From Dimargaris cristalligena (lineage: Eukaryota): 63,437 nt of DNA. This document shows positions 50,279-63,437 of this stretch, piece by piece. The DNA is taken from positions 1 through 63,437 of the forward strand of contig ML002235.1 of the NCBI GenBank assembly GCA_003614675.1. Direction: 5' to 3'. Position 1 is the stretch's first letter, and every line of letters starts with the position of its first letter. The position numbers and the translations under genes were made by a program. A model generated the notes under the pieces. The model did not search any database and was not told the origin of the DNA. It saw only the letters and a list, made by a program, of their open reading frames with translations.

Positions 50279-50941
50279 GGTAGAAGGTATGTTTCCTGAT
50301 TAATAAGCAGGAGGGGTTAGGTGGAACGGAAGAGAGAGAGTGTGTGTATGTGTGTGCGGACCAAGGTTTAGAAAATGCGAGCAGAAAGTAGTGAAATGGT
50401 GGGGAAACGAAGGAGGACAAGGGTTGGACTATTTTAGAGGGTATGGCATTAAGAAGGGGACGGAGGAGATTTAGGATAGTCGACTATTATTAAACAAGGG
50501 TTGACAGGCACGTTGGATCACTAAACCAAGTCTTGCCTCCAGTCTCATGCGGCTCCACCAGTTCTCCACTTGATTGAACTACCGCCATGGTCAAGGCGCT
50601 CCACAGTCTCACTTTGGAATCCCAAGAAGAAGTAGAAGAAGCGAGCCAGTGATGTCCCGCGGCGGGGACATTCTCAACATTCAAGCCCTGCGGAAATTCC
50701 TTGGAATTGGAATTGGATTTTCTAAAAGAACTCGGTCACAGCAACCGGTCTAGTCGAACATCTCTTTGCAACATTGCCTTATCCCTTTAATGATACCGTG
50801 CTTTCCCAGCGAACCACCTTTAGGAGCTTCCCCCTCCATTTCTACCCCCTTCGCGTGACTTGTATTAGCTCGAGCTTGGGACATTACGCAAAGCCAACCA
50901 CCCCACCTCCTTATTACTGTTTTCAACTCCAGCCCGCCACC

Positions 50942-52961
50942 ATGCGCGTCGAAATCGGGGAAGACATGAATGCGCGAACCAGCGCCAAATACCGCAAAGA
51001 AAAGAAAGTGGGTGAGGGTACGTACGCCAACGTCTACCAAGGGGTCGAAGTAGCTACGGGCCGACTTGTGGCGCTCAAGAAAATCAAAGTTGGAGATTTT
51101 AAGAGCGGGTTGGACATGTCGGCTATCCGGGAAGTCAAGGCCCTCCGGGAGTTGCACCACCCGAACGTCATTCAACTCATTGATGTGTTTTCGCACAAGA
51201 CTAATTTGAATCTGGTGCTCGAGTTCTTGGACACCGATTTGGAAATGGTCATCAAGGATACTGACTTGATTTTCAAACCCGACGATATTAAGAGTTGGAT
51301 GCTCATGACTCTGCGGGGGCTTTACCACTGTCATCGTAGCTGGGTTTTACACCGGGTAAGTTAAGATGAGCGTAGCGCATCGTAGATGTAGCCGCTTATT
51401 CGGACATTGAAATAGGGCTGTAGGTCATAGCAAATATGGGATTCGGGCTGCTTTGCCTTGTCATACATAATATATAATACCTCTGTCTTGCTCCGAAAGA
51501 TTTAGTACTATGTTCACAACCCCCTCACCTCGCCCATTAACCCATTAGCTATACCATGCTTATCTTTCTACGAAATCAAACAATGGATCAAATATTACAG
51601 GATTTAAAACCCAACAATTTACTGATTGCCAGCGACGGACAGCTTAAACTGGCCGATTTTGGTTTGGCCCGAGACTATGGAGATGCAACGGCCAACATGA
51701 CCTCACAGGTAGTGACCCGGTAAGTAATTGGGCCACACCCGGTTTTGATTTTCACGTAGTTAATCCAACACCCCTTAATTATAAGCGAATCGGCGCCCCT
51801 GTCCTACCCGGGTGCTTATTCCACCCCTCTGATCATAGACAACCTTGCCACTATGGCGTTAAAAGTGGCCCTCGGTCCTCATTTGATGACCAATTGATCT
51901 GACTGTTTTTGCATGCCTTGCTTCTATCCACATCTTCGTAATTAGGTGGTATCGGGCCCCCGAGCTGCTGTTTGGTGCTAAAAAATACGGGTACGCTGTC
52001 GACATGTGGGCGGTGGGTTGTATCTTTGCTGAACTCATGTTGCGTACACCATACCTCCCCGGTGATTCAGATATGGACCAGCTTAATACTATGTTTCGGG
52101 CCCTGGGCACTCCAACGGACGAGGACTGGCCGGTAAGTATTTTTATGATCACCAGCCTATTTATATCTATTATCACACGGAGCGTACCAATTTTTATTTA
52201 AGTATGTATTAATAAATTGTGACGGCATTCGTGGTTCAATCCACCGAAACGACATTCCTCCCCTCAATATTCCCATATTTCCCCGCCTTGTTCATTAGAA
52301 CCACACTCAACTACCGGACTACGTTCAATTCAAACAGTATCCGCGGACCCCCCTAACAACCCTGTTTACAGCCACAACACCCGACTCCATCGATTTAATG
52401 GAAAAAATGTTGGTCTACAATCCGATCAAACGGATAACGGCTTTGGAGGTAAGTGGGGGACTTAGATTGATGTATATCTATCTGTTCTCCCGAGTATTTC
52501 TCTAGTCTAATATAGGTTATAAATATTTATATTATAGGCTACCCTGGGGTAAACCGAACTGTTTTCTACTGCACTCGATGTACTTTTCTACCCTACTCCA
52601 GGCGCTAAATCACCCTTACTTCCAGAATCTTCCCCGCCCCACGGCGCCCAAGAAACTTCCCAAACCCGCGTTAAATATCAACGAGGGCCAAGTAGCGGAA
52701 AAGCGGCGACTCGATCCAGGTAAGTCTATATGAAGGTGGTTTAATGCGATTATTCCCTTTAGTGATAGTTTTGAAGTTTTGGGCAAGTCAGAATGCGGAG
52801 TCGATTCGCCCCAATGATCCTATTTATTACGACTGAATAGATTGATCTAATGTGATTATTTTATAAATTGGAATGGTGTATTTTTATTTGAACCATCAGA
52901 ACTCGTGGGTAACAATGCCGAGGGCAATAAAGTTGCCAAAAAGCTAGACTTTGGAATATGA
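50942..52961 (+). CDS. KIN28: CDK7/Kin28 TFIIH kinase; exons 50942-51355, 51601-51719, 51946-52132, 52299-52448, 52602-52719, 52900-52961
   Basis: [71 protein letters not shown]-terminal VAKKLDF; all splice phases consistent. Confidence 0.95.
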
Positions 52962-53622
52962 GTAAGGCTCTAGATGCGATGGGCTGTTCGGTGTGGAATA
53001 AAGTCTGTAGTTAGGTACATTGCGGCACTACCTCCAAATCGGGTTAATACCCTGCCATTTTGATTACAGGGTATGCCTTTTAATTCACTACTAATGGCCA
53101 ACTACTTGACTCTGCAATGGTTATTACTAAATGGTGATAACCCTATGGTTTTTTGAAATCATTTTATGTAATGCCGTGTATGTATTGTGGATGAATCAAC
53201 CAAAATCACAGTATACATAATAAACAGGCACGTGATCTACAATGCTATATATTTTATGAAAGTGAACCCATTCCATTTATTCACCCACACTTCTCTTATG
53301 TGTAGGCTTTAGGGGGTTTTCTGTGCGGGTTGGCTACAATAAAAAATGAGGAAGGGAAGCGGCAAAAGCCAACCGAATGCAAACGAAAACTGTATGGGGT
53401 GTGGAACAAAACTCGTACATTGCAATGAGTCAAGACTAATCTAACCTACCCATTCGGCTAGGTTCGCTTTCTGTTCCATGTCACTGCTTTAGTTTACTTT
53501 ACTTGGCTTAATTTCTATTCGTTTACCTCAATTGTTTCAATACCCCATTGGAACACCGAGCCTTTCGTTGTTTTTTCTCTCACGTCCCTTTACTTACTTC
53601 TTTTTAAGCATCCGTCGCACCC

Positions 53623-55344
53623 ATGGCAAATAAGGGAAAGGGGACCAGACAGTCGCTTCAGGCCACGCCCTACAGCGATGCACCGACTATGCTCCCTGGT
53701 AGTAGTAGCGCTGGCAAACCGGCCCGCGTTAAGAAGCCCAAACCACCCAAGACCATGAACCCTTTTGCGCCCCCGACTCTGACGGAACAGGGCCAAACCG
53801 CTGTGGTCGAGCAGCCGAAGGCGGCCCCGCAAAAAAATACAAAGAAGAGTCGAGTGATTCCGGTCCTAGACAACCCCTACGATATCAAATGGTAAGTACA
53901 CGGCCCATAGCGAGAGGGGTCCCCACATCCCGTTCGTTATTTAGTATGGAATTTCATACACACACACACACGTATATATATATATATATAAACCCTGCTT
54001 CCTGGGATTTTAATACAATGGGAAGGGTTTGCTAAAATAGTCCATCTGATCTTCCGAATATTAATGGTTTTAATTTCACCCCCCCCCCCCTTTCCTTCAC
54101 TATAAAAGGCCGGCGGTACATTTTGACCGAATGATGCCCGAGGTCATTGATCAAGCGATCCAGTAAGTCCTGAAAAATAAATCTCAAGCTGCTCCGACCC
54201 TCCACTGAACTGTACTTTTAACCCTTCTCTTTAAAACAGCGCTTTCCAAACACTACTACAAGAAATATGCTCCACTGGCAGCCTCTGTCTCTTTATCCTC
54301 TTTCTACCACTAACCACCCCCCCTCCTTCCCTTTCGCCCCGTTCCCTATCAACTAGATGCCTCACGGAATGTCGCCTGTTAAACAAGGACCCCCAAGGCC
54401 GGGCGGACCAACCCATCCGCCAAAACCTGGACCCCACTCCCGACCACCCGGTCATCATTGCCTTTGGCCTATCCCGGGTCACCCGACTTTTAACCAACTG
54501 GATCCGCCCCCCCACGTTGTCACCGAAGGATCAGGTCACTACTGCCGCCGCCCCTCGGGGGAGGAGTCTCCCGGCTACCCGGGAAGCTACGGCCATGCCC
54601 AGCGATCCTAACGGTCCCACTACTGCCACCGCCACCACCACCACACCTCCTACCCCTACTGCGCGGCGTTACTTCGTTTTCGTTTTCCGCAACAACGATG
54701 AAACGGACGCTATGGTGGACCCCCTGGCCACTCTAGTTCCCCTCTGCGGTCCCTCTTTTAGTCTGATTCCTTTAGACCCCGCTAGTCGGGACCGCTTTCG
54801 GAAAACCATTGCGGGTGCGGGAGATGGGCCAAGCCAACTGACCTGTTTCTTACTGGGGGATGGTTTCGCTGCCTTTGATCAGTTTTGGCACTCCGCCCGG
54901 GAGGAATTCGCGTTTCCTTCGTTACCGTGGTTGGACAGCCTATACCGGGCGCGGATGAACTTGCCCGCTCGGGAAGGCGAAGAAGAAGAAGGAGGCGACG
55001 GAGAAGGGGGGGTACTAGTGTCGTCCCAGCCGCTGGCCGTTTTACCGCCTACCCAGGTGAAGGTTTTCCAAATTCCGGTCCCTTCGCCTCAATCGAAAAA
55101 ACAGAAAAAGGGAGCCAGAGCCCATCGGGAGAAATTGAGCCCCGAAGAGCGATTGGCCAACAGGGAAATGAGGAAGAAGCGTAAACTAGAAAATATTGCT
55201 AGCCAACCCTCCGGCTCCGAACCCGCCCCTCCTCCCAAAAAAAATAATAAGAAACAAAAACTAAATAAGGTGGCCCAGAAAACCGACGAGATACCGCAGG
55301 TCTTGCCATTAAACAAAGTAGGGAGTGGCGACGTCGGTCCGTAA
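53623..55344 (+). CDS. Probable RNase P/MRP subunit Pop3/Rpp38-like (L7Ae fold); exons 53623-53891, 54109-54162, 54357-55344
   Basis: VLDNPYDIKWP, IAFGLSRVTRLL, FVFVFRNN..AMVDPLATL, LIPLDPASRDRF, Lys-rich C-terminus. The exon structure is solid; the family call is from motif resemblance. Confidence 0.6.
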
Positions 55345-56290
55345 AAAACCACGCCAATCATTGAGTAATGGATTTCTATACAGAGATTGGACAATAGTCA
55401 CATATTATTATTCCGATTTTATTTATTTGCTATAGTGGTTCAACATATACCCATTTAGCATACCTGTTCTCGGGTTGGCTTAGGATGGTCTATATAGTTT
55501 TGGTTATGTGAATAAGAAGGCACGATAATTCCAAGTGGGTTAGTCTGTAACCGAAATACAAAATAAAACTGGCCTTTTTCAATATATTGTATGTTTAAAG
55601 TGGGCACTAGTTATATAGTAATGCGATTCCTCAAATCTTTTTAAAAGCTATTTTATCATTATAAACCATTTTTCCGGCGTATTCATGGTCGAGTAAACGT
55701 CTAAGTACTCCTGCGAAACGATATCTGTATTCGAATAGTATATATAGTTTGGTCTCCCCTAATATTAATACAGTCCCTACGAATCCTAAATACTTAAATC
55801 AGTATAATGAGATGGCAAATTCAGGAAACCACCAGAGTTCTAGCCTGGTTATAAGATGTGGTAAAGGGACCGTGGGGAAGTACTGGGCTTTTTGTGATTG
55901 TCACTGTGGGGCCGCATTCACCCATTATATGATTCCATCATTCTCAGGCAGCATCTTTAATAGACCACTATCGTGCAATTACGACCATATTCTTTGAGTG
56001 CAAGAACTGCCGCTGTTACTAGCATTATCAATTTGTTCGAATGAAGAATAGTCGATATCAAGGGTGATTTGAACTCGGTACGATTTTTATAGGCTCAAAA
56101 AGTCTGAAGCTATTAATAAGCCTCGGCACCGCCACTGTGGATTTATCTTCAATCCATCCCCAAGAGATATATAATACAAAAACCCGAATAATGATAATAA
56201 TGATAATGATAATAGCAATAGTAAAGATAATAATGGGTGACCCAATGGTGGTATATCATAGTGGTGATAGCACGGTGGCCAACCCAAGGA

Positions 56291-59200
56291 CTATCTCGCC
56301 AAATCCGTTGTCGAATAAAACTCGCAGTTACTGTCCGACGTATCGCTCATATCGAAAGGAAGGTCCACCACATCATCCAAAGTCTTCCCTCCTCCTCGTC
56401 CATGGGTCCGACGATCCGCCAAGTCCCCCGTCGGCGAACTCAACAGGGAAGTTTCGGCATCGGAATAATCGGACATTCCCATAGAGCTGTTAGAATCCGA
56501 CTGCGAATTCGTTACCGAGTCCCCCGGTAGGGGGTGGTTCAGCAACCGCAGGGCCAGGAGGTACGAATAGTAAACCGTGCAAATTGGGGGCGGTGACGAT
56601 ATCGTTGTCGTAGCTGCCCGGTTGGTTCGGACCACGCCGGGTTCCGAGGACGCATTTGTCACTAAATACGACCAGGGTACGGTTTGGGCATTGAAGTAAA
56701 TCAACAACCGGCGGAAGCGTTCGTCCCGCTGGCGGATCAGGGGCGCAGACGCGGGAAATGGCCGCATCCAATCGTCGACCAGTTTAGGCGGGACGTGGAG
56801 GTACACGCCGCTGATGAGGTCCAAGTTTCGGTGGATCCAGTCCCGGCCCATGAAGGGTACCAGACTTTTCACGATTTTGTACACGTAGACCTTAAGCAAG
56901 TCGATTTGGACCATGGTGAGGTTACTCAGGATACTCACCCATTTGGGCGTCTTGAGGCGGTCGATGCGGCGGGGTTTATTTTTGGTCATTTTTTGGATAA
57001 GCCGGACCATGGTGACGCCCGTGTACTGGCTACACCAGACATGGCGGGACGGGCGGCGTTTAGCGGATGTGGAGGTCGAGGTGGGGGCGGTGATGACCGT
57101 GGCGGTGGTAGTCCGGTGGTGGGTATGGGTGGAGCCTAATGGCAGTGGGGAATGGAGAGACGCACTGGTTAAATCGATGGGGGTTCTACTGCCGTCCGCC
57201 GGGTCCATTGCCGCTGCTCCGACCGTGGGTATACTCGTTGATCTAGACGAGCGGGTTCGGGTGGATGCGGCCCGGGCTTCTACCAAGTGAATAGTCAGCA
57301 TTAAAGGGAATGTCGGCGTAGGCGAGCCCGATACCGTCATGATGGACTGCATGGCCTCGTCTTCGCTATTCTGAACCAAGCCCCCCGGGACCGTGGACCT
57401 GTCGCCCGGACCCGGGCCCTGGTGCAAAGCTGAGTGCATCGCCGTCACGGGCTTGGACGGCCCCATCGTAGATGCATTTGTCCAGGTGCTGGATTGCGAG
57501 GGGGTTGGGGAAATGGATATGGGCACAGCCACATCGGATGTTTCTGACGGGGCCAATGAATTACGTCGGCTGTTCTGGGACAGCCGGCTACGGCGGCCGT
57601 AGTCCGATTCACTCGGCTGCGACTCGCCACCCCCTCCTCCTCCTCCCCCTCCATCCGAAGCCAATGAACTATTAATCGAGGAAGGATGGTAATCACCCCC
57701 ACCGCGCCCCTCCATCTCCAATCGGGTCAGCACGGTCCATAGATTACTTTGGGGGGAACAGTAGGCCGTAAACCCCAAATCCTCTAATTTTTCCCGTTCT
57801 TCCACGTACCGGATTTGCTTTTCGCACAACCAGCTGAACATGGTGCGGGTGAAACCCATGTCCCAGAGGCACTGCATCAGGTATTCGAACCGTAGCACAT
57901 GGTCGACCTTAAAGCCCTTGGTTAGGACCATGAGGATACTTTGGATAGCCATTACCCGTACGCGCATGTCGCGCTGCTGCATAAAACGGACGAGGGAAAT
58001 ATTATCGGGTTGGTTCATACGGAGGGCGTGGATCAAGTGGTGTAGGAGGGGATCAATCGAGTTGCCGTGACTGTTCCGGTGGGAACTCCCCCAATTTTGG
58101 TTCGGAGGTCCCCCTCGACCCGCTGCCGCTGCTGCTGCCGCCGTGGATGAGGACGAGGGAGGCATCGAATACCCTCCTCCTCCACTTTCCCTTGCCATGG
58201 TCCACGAGGTGGGCATCGAGGTGGACAAGTTGGTTGGTATGTCCGCCGGACTAGCCCCTAGGACGGAATCCAACGTGGGGTCACCGTATTCATTTTCCAG
58301 GGCCGGTAAACTGTACCGGCGGCGCTGGCGGGTCGCATACATGGGACTATCGCCACTGAACGGATCCGGGTTCTCGACCTCCCCATAGCGATGGTGGTAA
58401 CAGAAGGGTGTTTCAGTGGGTTCGGCGATGATGGCATTGGATGAGGGGAGTTTCGTGTAATTAAACGAAGTGAGAGTCCAACTATGCAGCACATCCACGA
58501 TACCGGTGAGGTGTAACGCCGTGGTGTTGTAGCATTCGTGAATACATTTAATACGGGCTCGACAACGCTTGGTTTCATCGAGTTCACTCTCCTCCTTATT
58601 TACATTCTCATTCCGACCCCCACCCTCAGTCCCGGACCTGGCCCCAGCATGGGGAGTGGCATCAGCGTCTATTTCGTCCGAATACAATAGCACCCACGGA
58701 TTACGTCGACCGAACCGCTGGTGGGCCGCGGGATTCGGCAAATGGGTAATAAAGCGCCGGGCCTGGGCGGCCTCCACCTCGGGACTTTCGCCGCCGGGTA
58801 GCGTTGCGGCGGGTACCGGCCCGTGGTCCCGACGGAGCAATTCTCTAGCGTAGCCGAACTGGGCCGTACTACTATTGTCCAGGTCGGTGGAGTGCTCCAG
58901 TTTGTCCCTCCTCCCGTACCCCACCGGCCGGATTTTCCAATGCCGATGGTACCCGGGGGTATTACCGATGGACCAGAAGTCCGCCGGAGCGACTTGGCTA
59001 AAATCCCGGCACACCTCCAGGTATTGCCGCTGCGACGGACTCGTATAGAGACCGCGTCGGTGCAGTCCATCCGCCTCGGATAGCCACGTCGGAATAAGTT
59101 GCCCGTGCGGGGGGATGGGAAAGGGGTATTCCGCGGGACTGTCGGGGTTCCCAAGTTCCTCGAGGTAAGACCGGTCCTGGGCCAGGAGATTATGGTAATG

Positions 59201-61566
59201 CGCCCGCGGTGCGCATAAATCCACGTCCGGATGGCCCAGAGGCCCGGGCACCCGAAGGTCCGTGTCCCGCAAAGTTGTGAGTAGGCCATTCAAAGGCTCT
59301 TTGGCCATATCGTAGAACGTAGGGTACGATCGGGTATGCGTGGCGTAGAACTGATAACTCTGGACCACATCACATTTCAGCTGGGGCGTGGCCGCTAAAG
59401 AAAAAAATCGCACGAGATAGTAAATAAAGTAGTAATATATACCTAAGTATCGAGTGAGCCTAGCAGGGCTCCATTTCCAAAATTATTACACAGATGTTCG
59501 AATTTGTGGGGGCGGGGGTCAGGTTTGTAACCATATATTTCGCGAAGAAGTTGAGTACCCATATGATTCAACTTTACTTCCCTCCCCTAACCTACAAGCG
59601 TCCAGAACACTGTAGTTACTCCGGTAGCCAATAGTGCACCATGTCGCTCGCCAGTGAGTACATATAAATGAAGGTACCAATGCGGTTCTCTTACCTCTAT
59701 CGCATTCGCTATATAGGGCCTTTAATCGGCTTTTGAGATCACTCTGGTCAGTTCCACCAAAGACAGTCACCAAACAGCGGCGGGTAACTAGCAAGTACTG
59801 CAAAATTGATCAGCCGGGGAATAAGCCGGTTTAGTTGGTTAGATTCGGTGGAGGTGTATTTCGTCGACGATAAAGTCCATAAAGTATAAGCGTAGGGTAG
59901 GCCAAACACCCGGGGCGTAAAACCAGGAGATGCCAACGTGTCCCATTATTGGCAGTCTCGCGAATCATGAATCACCACATAGTCCACGGCTTACCTTTTT
60001 AATCACCAGGTGGTCGCTGTAAAATGCATCAACGGGCTGCGCTAATAGTAGGAGGGTGGACGGAAAGGACGGTTCCAGAGCCCTCACCTGGTCCCCAAAC
60101 TCCTTATTTTCGCAGTGGACCTCTATTAGCATGAAAAGGATGTCTAACCAAAGTCCCAGTTCAGACTCCGACGTGACCACTCGCCACGGGTCCTGCTGAG
60201 AAGTCGAGCGGGAGGATTGAGGGGTTCCGGGAGTAGTAGGGGTGGCTGACTCGGGGAGCTTGTAGCGACTGGTGTGGGTATATGGTGGATATAATTGGTG
60301 AGTTAATAATAGATCGTATGGATAGGATAAGTTGACTGGAAATACGAACACCATGATCAGAAAAGGTTTGCATTATAAAACTGGCGATAAAAAAAAAACG
60401 GGATAACCCGGGTTAGAAGTAGCTCGAAGCTCCTTGGCTGCAATAATGGTATAGCTAAATACTAGCTAAGAAGCCCTATGCTAGATTTGGTAATATTTTA
60501 AGATGGATATTATTGATGGACACACCTACCTGAGCATGTGTTCGGCAATCGCGACCAGCCTCTGGTAGGCATACGCCAACAAGTCGCACTTCCACATAAG
60601 CCGGGCATTCTGTTCAATCCAGTAGAGGTGCAGTGGATCGCTATGTACAGTTGACTGTCGCTTGGATTCGTTGTCGGCATCCGGGACCTGGTAAACGTCA
60701 GGGCTGAAGGGCAGGTCACGGAAGCACCCTGATATCGTCGGGGAATAGTTGAGTATATGGTCCCAAGGCAGAGGGGGCAAAAATATTAGTATATATAAGT
60801 AATCATTCTATATTACTCGGAGCAGGCGACGAAAGCTTATGGTGGTCTAATATTCGTAAGCGGCCGGGCGGAAAACCTAACCAACTAAGGTCCAAGTACG
60901 CCGGTTTCCAAATAGGAAAAAGTAGCGGTTTATAAACACCCACCAGTTAGTATGTTAATTACCTTGGGCAATGTAGAGCAATGTACGTATATGGTAAAAT
61001 AGGGCAGCTGTTGTAGGAGCCTCGTCAATGAGATGGATCAACCGGCGGACGAACCGCTCCTGTTCCGGATACGGTGTATTCATCCACGGCGAGGTGGGGC
61101 GGTCGGGGTGTTGGGCATAATTTCGGTAATTGGTGTCAAATTTCGGGGTTTCTAGGTAGCTGTAGTAGTCGGTCAGGGCATTACTGAGAGCATCATTGTC
61201 GTCGTAGTGGAAATTCCATTTTTTCTTTTTCTAGACAGAGGATACGGAGCAAATTTGGAGTTGGTTAAATAATGAGAAGGGGGCTAAGTACAATAGATAT
61301 TAGGGCCATGTGGGTAAACGACGGGTGGGTTGGCGGAATACCCCCCCCCCCCGCATCGAGTGAGGATTAATTAAGGAACCGCCACACCCCATTAGATAGA
61401 GATACCACGACAGCGTATAATTGTACTCGTTAGTAAAACCCACCTTTTTGGACTTGGCGTCGCTCTTGGACCTGGTGGAAGAGGGTTCGGTGTCATGTCG
61501 ATAGTGCCTCTGTTCGGGCGGCGGATGGCTAATCGCAGTAGTTGCCGAAGCGAGCCCGAGGGCCAT
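56291..61566 (-). CDS. FAR11: FAR11/STRIP family STRIPAK component, divergent; exons 61444-61566, 60963-61230, 60530-60728, 59995-60268, 59695-59797, 56291-59394 (about 1356 aa)
   Basis: FHYDDND..DYYSY, LLYIAQGCF, WIEQNA, IKKYLLV...VFGG, AIQSILMVLTKGFKVDHVLRFEYLMQCLWD, RLIQKMTKNK, KIVKSLVPFMGRDW...GVYL...DDW. Confidence 0.82.
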
Positions 61567-62381
61567 AGTGGCGGGTCACGCGAGGTATGGTAGTTCAATT
61601 CAGGGGTCCGGGAAGGAGGGCGGGCGGAGTCGGACCAATGGGCGGAATTAGGCTCTTGGAAGGGGTTGGGGAATGGGAGTGTTTTTGTTATTATTTTCAA
61701 AAGGGAAGTAAATGGGTTGGAAATGCATGCAACTGGAGAAGTGGAAGGCGGGCTGTGAGGTAAGTGGTCTGATATGGGTCTTTCGGCCAGGAAGGTTGGG
61801 GAAAGGCCAGGCTAGCTGTCCCTGACTTAGGCTTTGGGCCCATAGTGTGGGGAAACAATAGAAGCTTTCCCTGTCCTTGACACCCGTTGAGTGAGAGAAA
61901 CACGGCATATCGGAGCCAGGAAAGCCCATGAATTTCTTATTGCTGCTGGGTGAAGAACTCTTCCACTCTTCCACAAACTACAAAAACCCCATGGACGGCT
62001 CAGTCACCTGGACAGGCAGCGTTGTTTAGCCACCTGTGTCATGCATAAGATGAGTTATTTTCACGGCATTGACGTACCACGGCTGTTGATATTGTTGCAA
62101 GGGGGATGCCTAATAGCACTGTTGACCCCAGTATTACACCATCTGTGCGGTACTGGGATGGCCAAGGGAGTTTCCGATGCTGCCGGAGGGGCTGGGTCCC
62201 CCAAAGTGCCTCTAAAATATGCACCAAAATATGATGCAGCAAGTGTGAATGGGCAAATTTCGACCCATCCAAGAAATGAGAAACCCACTGCTAAGTCGGA
62301 TTTATCCACTTTCTTTTAATAATAATAAAACGTAGCATACATTTACCTGTATAAATTATACTATTGCAGGAAAATTGATGC

Positions 62382-62777
62382 TATTACATCCGAGCCCTGG
62401 TCCTGGTTGTATGCCACTTAGGGCCCCATAATACCATGTCCCCTTTTCTATGACTACACCCAGTGCCAGGATAACCAACTACTCCACCTCAGCTGACACT
62501 CAAAGGACTTCTCTGCTATGCCTTTAGATGCTGCCATTTGCTATTCCTAGACTATCCTTTGGAGTTGTCCCCACTTATAAATACCCACACAGGTTATGGC
62601 CTACCTCTCTGCAGTCCCTTCTTACTGTTTATCTAATATATCACCTATACTCCTACACCTGGCTAGTACCCCATGCTTAGGTGTCTATATATTAGGGTCC
62701 CCCTTGTATGTTCCCTATTCACAAGTCTGGGCCAAGACAGCCTATATGAATATATTAAACTACAAACCTATCTCATA
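62382..62777 (+). mobile_element. Possible heavily decayed LTR-like element
   Basis: CpG-free after 62392, TpA-rich, internal TATAAATA near 62576, ends TATTAC...CTCATA resembling deaminated TGT...ACA; no TSD. Confidence 0.3.
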
Positions 62778-62840
62778 AACTCTGAAATAAGGTAGGTGTA
62801 GTTAGGTATGTTATTCCTATTGGAAATATTAAATAGGCAT

Positions 62841-62902
62841 TGTTACTTAGGTTAACTACTCCTAGTTCATCAAGAGTCCTGAGAATAGGCTTCTAATGGT
62901 AG
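62841..62902 (-). repeat. Terminal fragment of the same LTR family as copies A and B
   Basis: TGTTACTTAGGTTAACTACTCCTAGTTCATCAAGAGTCCTGAGAATAGGCTTCTAATGGTAG aligns gap-free to the first 62 nt of copy A, differing only by transitions. Confidence 0.75.
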
Positions 62903-63342
62903 TGCCATGACCAAGTAATTTGAATTAAAAGAGTAACCAGTTATATAAGCAAAACCCATACCAATAGATGGGTAAATTAACATCTTATATTATGGAAATA
63001 TATCCCCATCATTCTACTGTATTTTATTATAATTAATACATTCTCCCTATTCTCTAGTTACTAATTTATATTTACTAATTGTTACCATTTATACTGCCAT
63101 GGGTAGGGATGGGGCTTTCCTTCCATAAGAATAACTGGCTGTTAAACTTTAGCACACTACCCCAGCCCTTAACAAGTAAAGATCTGTCACCTTGAATGTT
63201 TCCTATAATAGTGCAACAGATACTATGATGGATATTTCCAAATCCAACCACTATTTCCAGTTAGTTTAGTTATGTGGTGAACTTACCACATTTTTTACTT
63301 ACTTTTATTTTTAATCCATTTTTCACACTTATTAGAAGTACA

Positions 63343-63436
63343 CCCCTGACAAGTGAATGATCCCCTGCCCCTGACCAGACTGTACCCCTGCATTCACACT
63401 ACCCCTGGCCCAACTGCACCCCTGTTCAAAGAATAG
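63343..63436. repeat. Cluster of six CCCCTG hexamers ending in a short hairpin; possible transposon subterminal region
   Basis: CCCCTG at 63343, 63362, 63368, 63385, 63402 and 63419, then CTGTTC-AAA-GAATAG. Confidence 0.35.
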
Positions 63437-63437
63437 C

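Noticed and set aside
1174..61566. Functional clustering of phosphatase regulators (RRD2, PTC7, FAR11) or mitochondrial IMS genes (COX17, TIM8)
   Set aside because: Widely spaced among unrelated housekeeping genes; consistent with chance.
1..63437. tRNA, rRNA, CRISPR arrays or prokaryotic operons; (TA)n and poly-G/C tracts as signals
   Set aside because: None seen; the DNA is intron-containing and eukaryotic, and the microsatellites are ordinary intron/intergenic simple repeats.

Overview
Eukaryotic genomic DNA from a fungus, with GT-AG introns of about 150-530 nt and CpG-rich exons. The gene style suggests an early-diverging fungus such as a Dimargaris-like zoopagomycete, but that is an inference. 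I reconstructed exon structures by hand for the conserved genes: RRD2/PTPA, a GH15 hydrolase, ORC6, a CDC3-type septin, TMCO4/DUF726, a MOSC/mARC protein, eIF3j, COX17, PTC7, an atypical inositol polyphosphate kinase, UBE2G1-like E2, TIM8, KIN28/CDK7, a POP3/RPP38-like protein, a divergent FAR11/STRIP, and a partial mitochondrial protein at the left edge. The most interesting content is accessory. A gene-poor island at about 33-44.3 kb holds two decayed solo LTRs and two divergently transcribed, distantly related genes encoding signal peptide + F-box(-like) + shared helical domain; the second is frameshifted. A tiny secreted C2HC zinc-finger protein lies at 9.3-9.6 kb. All three secreted proteins carry an H-x(0-2)-P-R motif at about residue 50, just before an intracellular-type domain. 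Together these suggest a candidate host-translocated effector system aimed at the ubiquitin machinery. Repeat regions are nearly free of CpG over more than 1 kb and show C-to-T transitions in CpG and CpA context.
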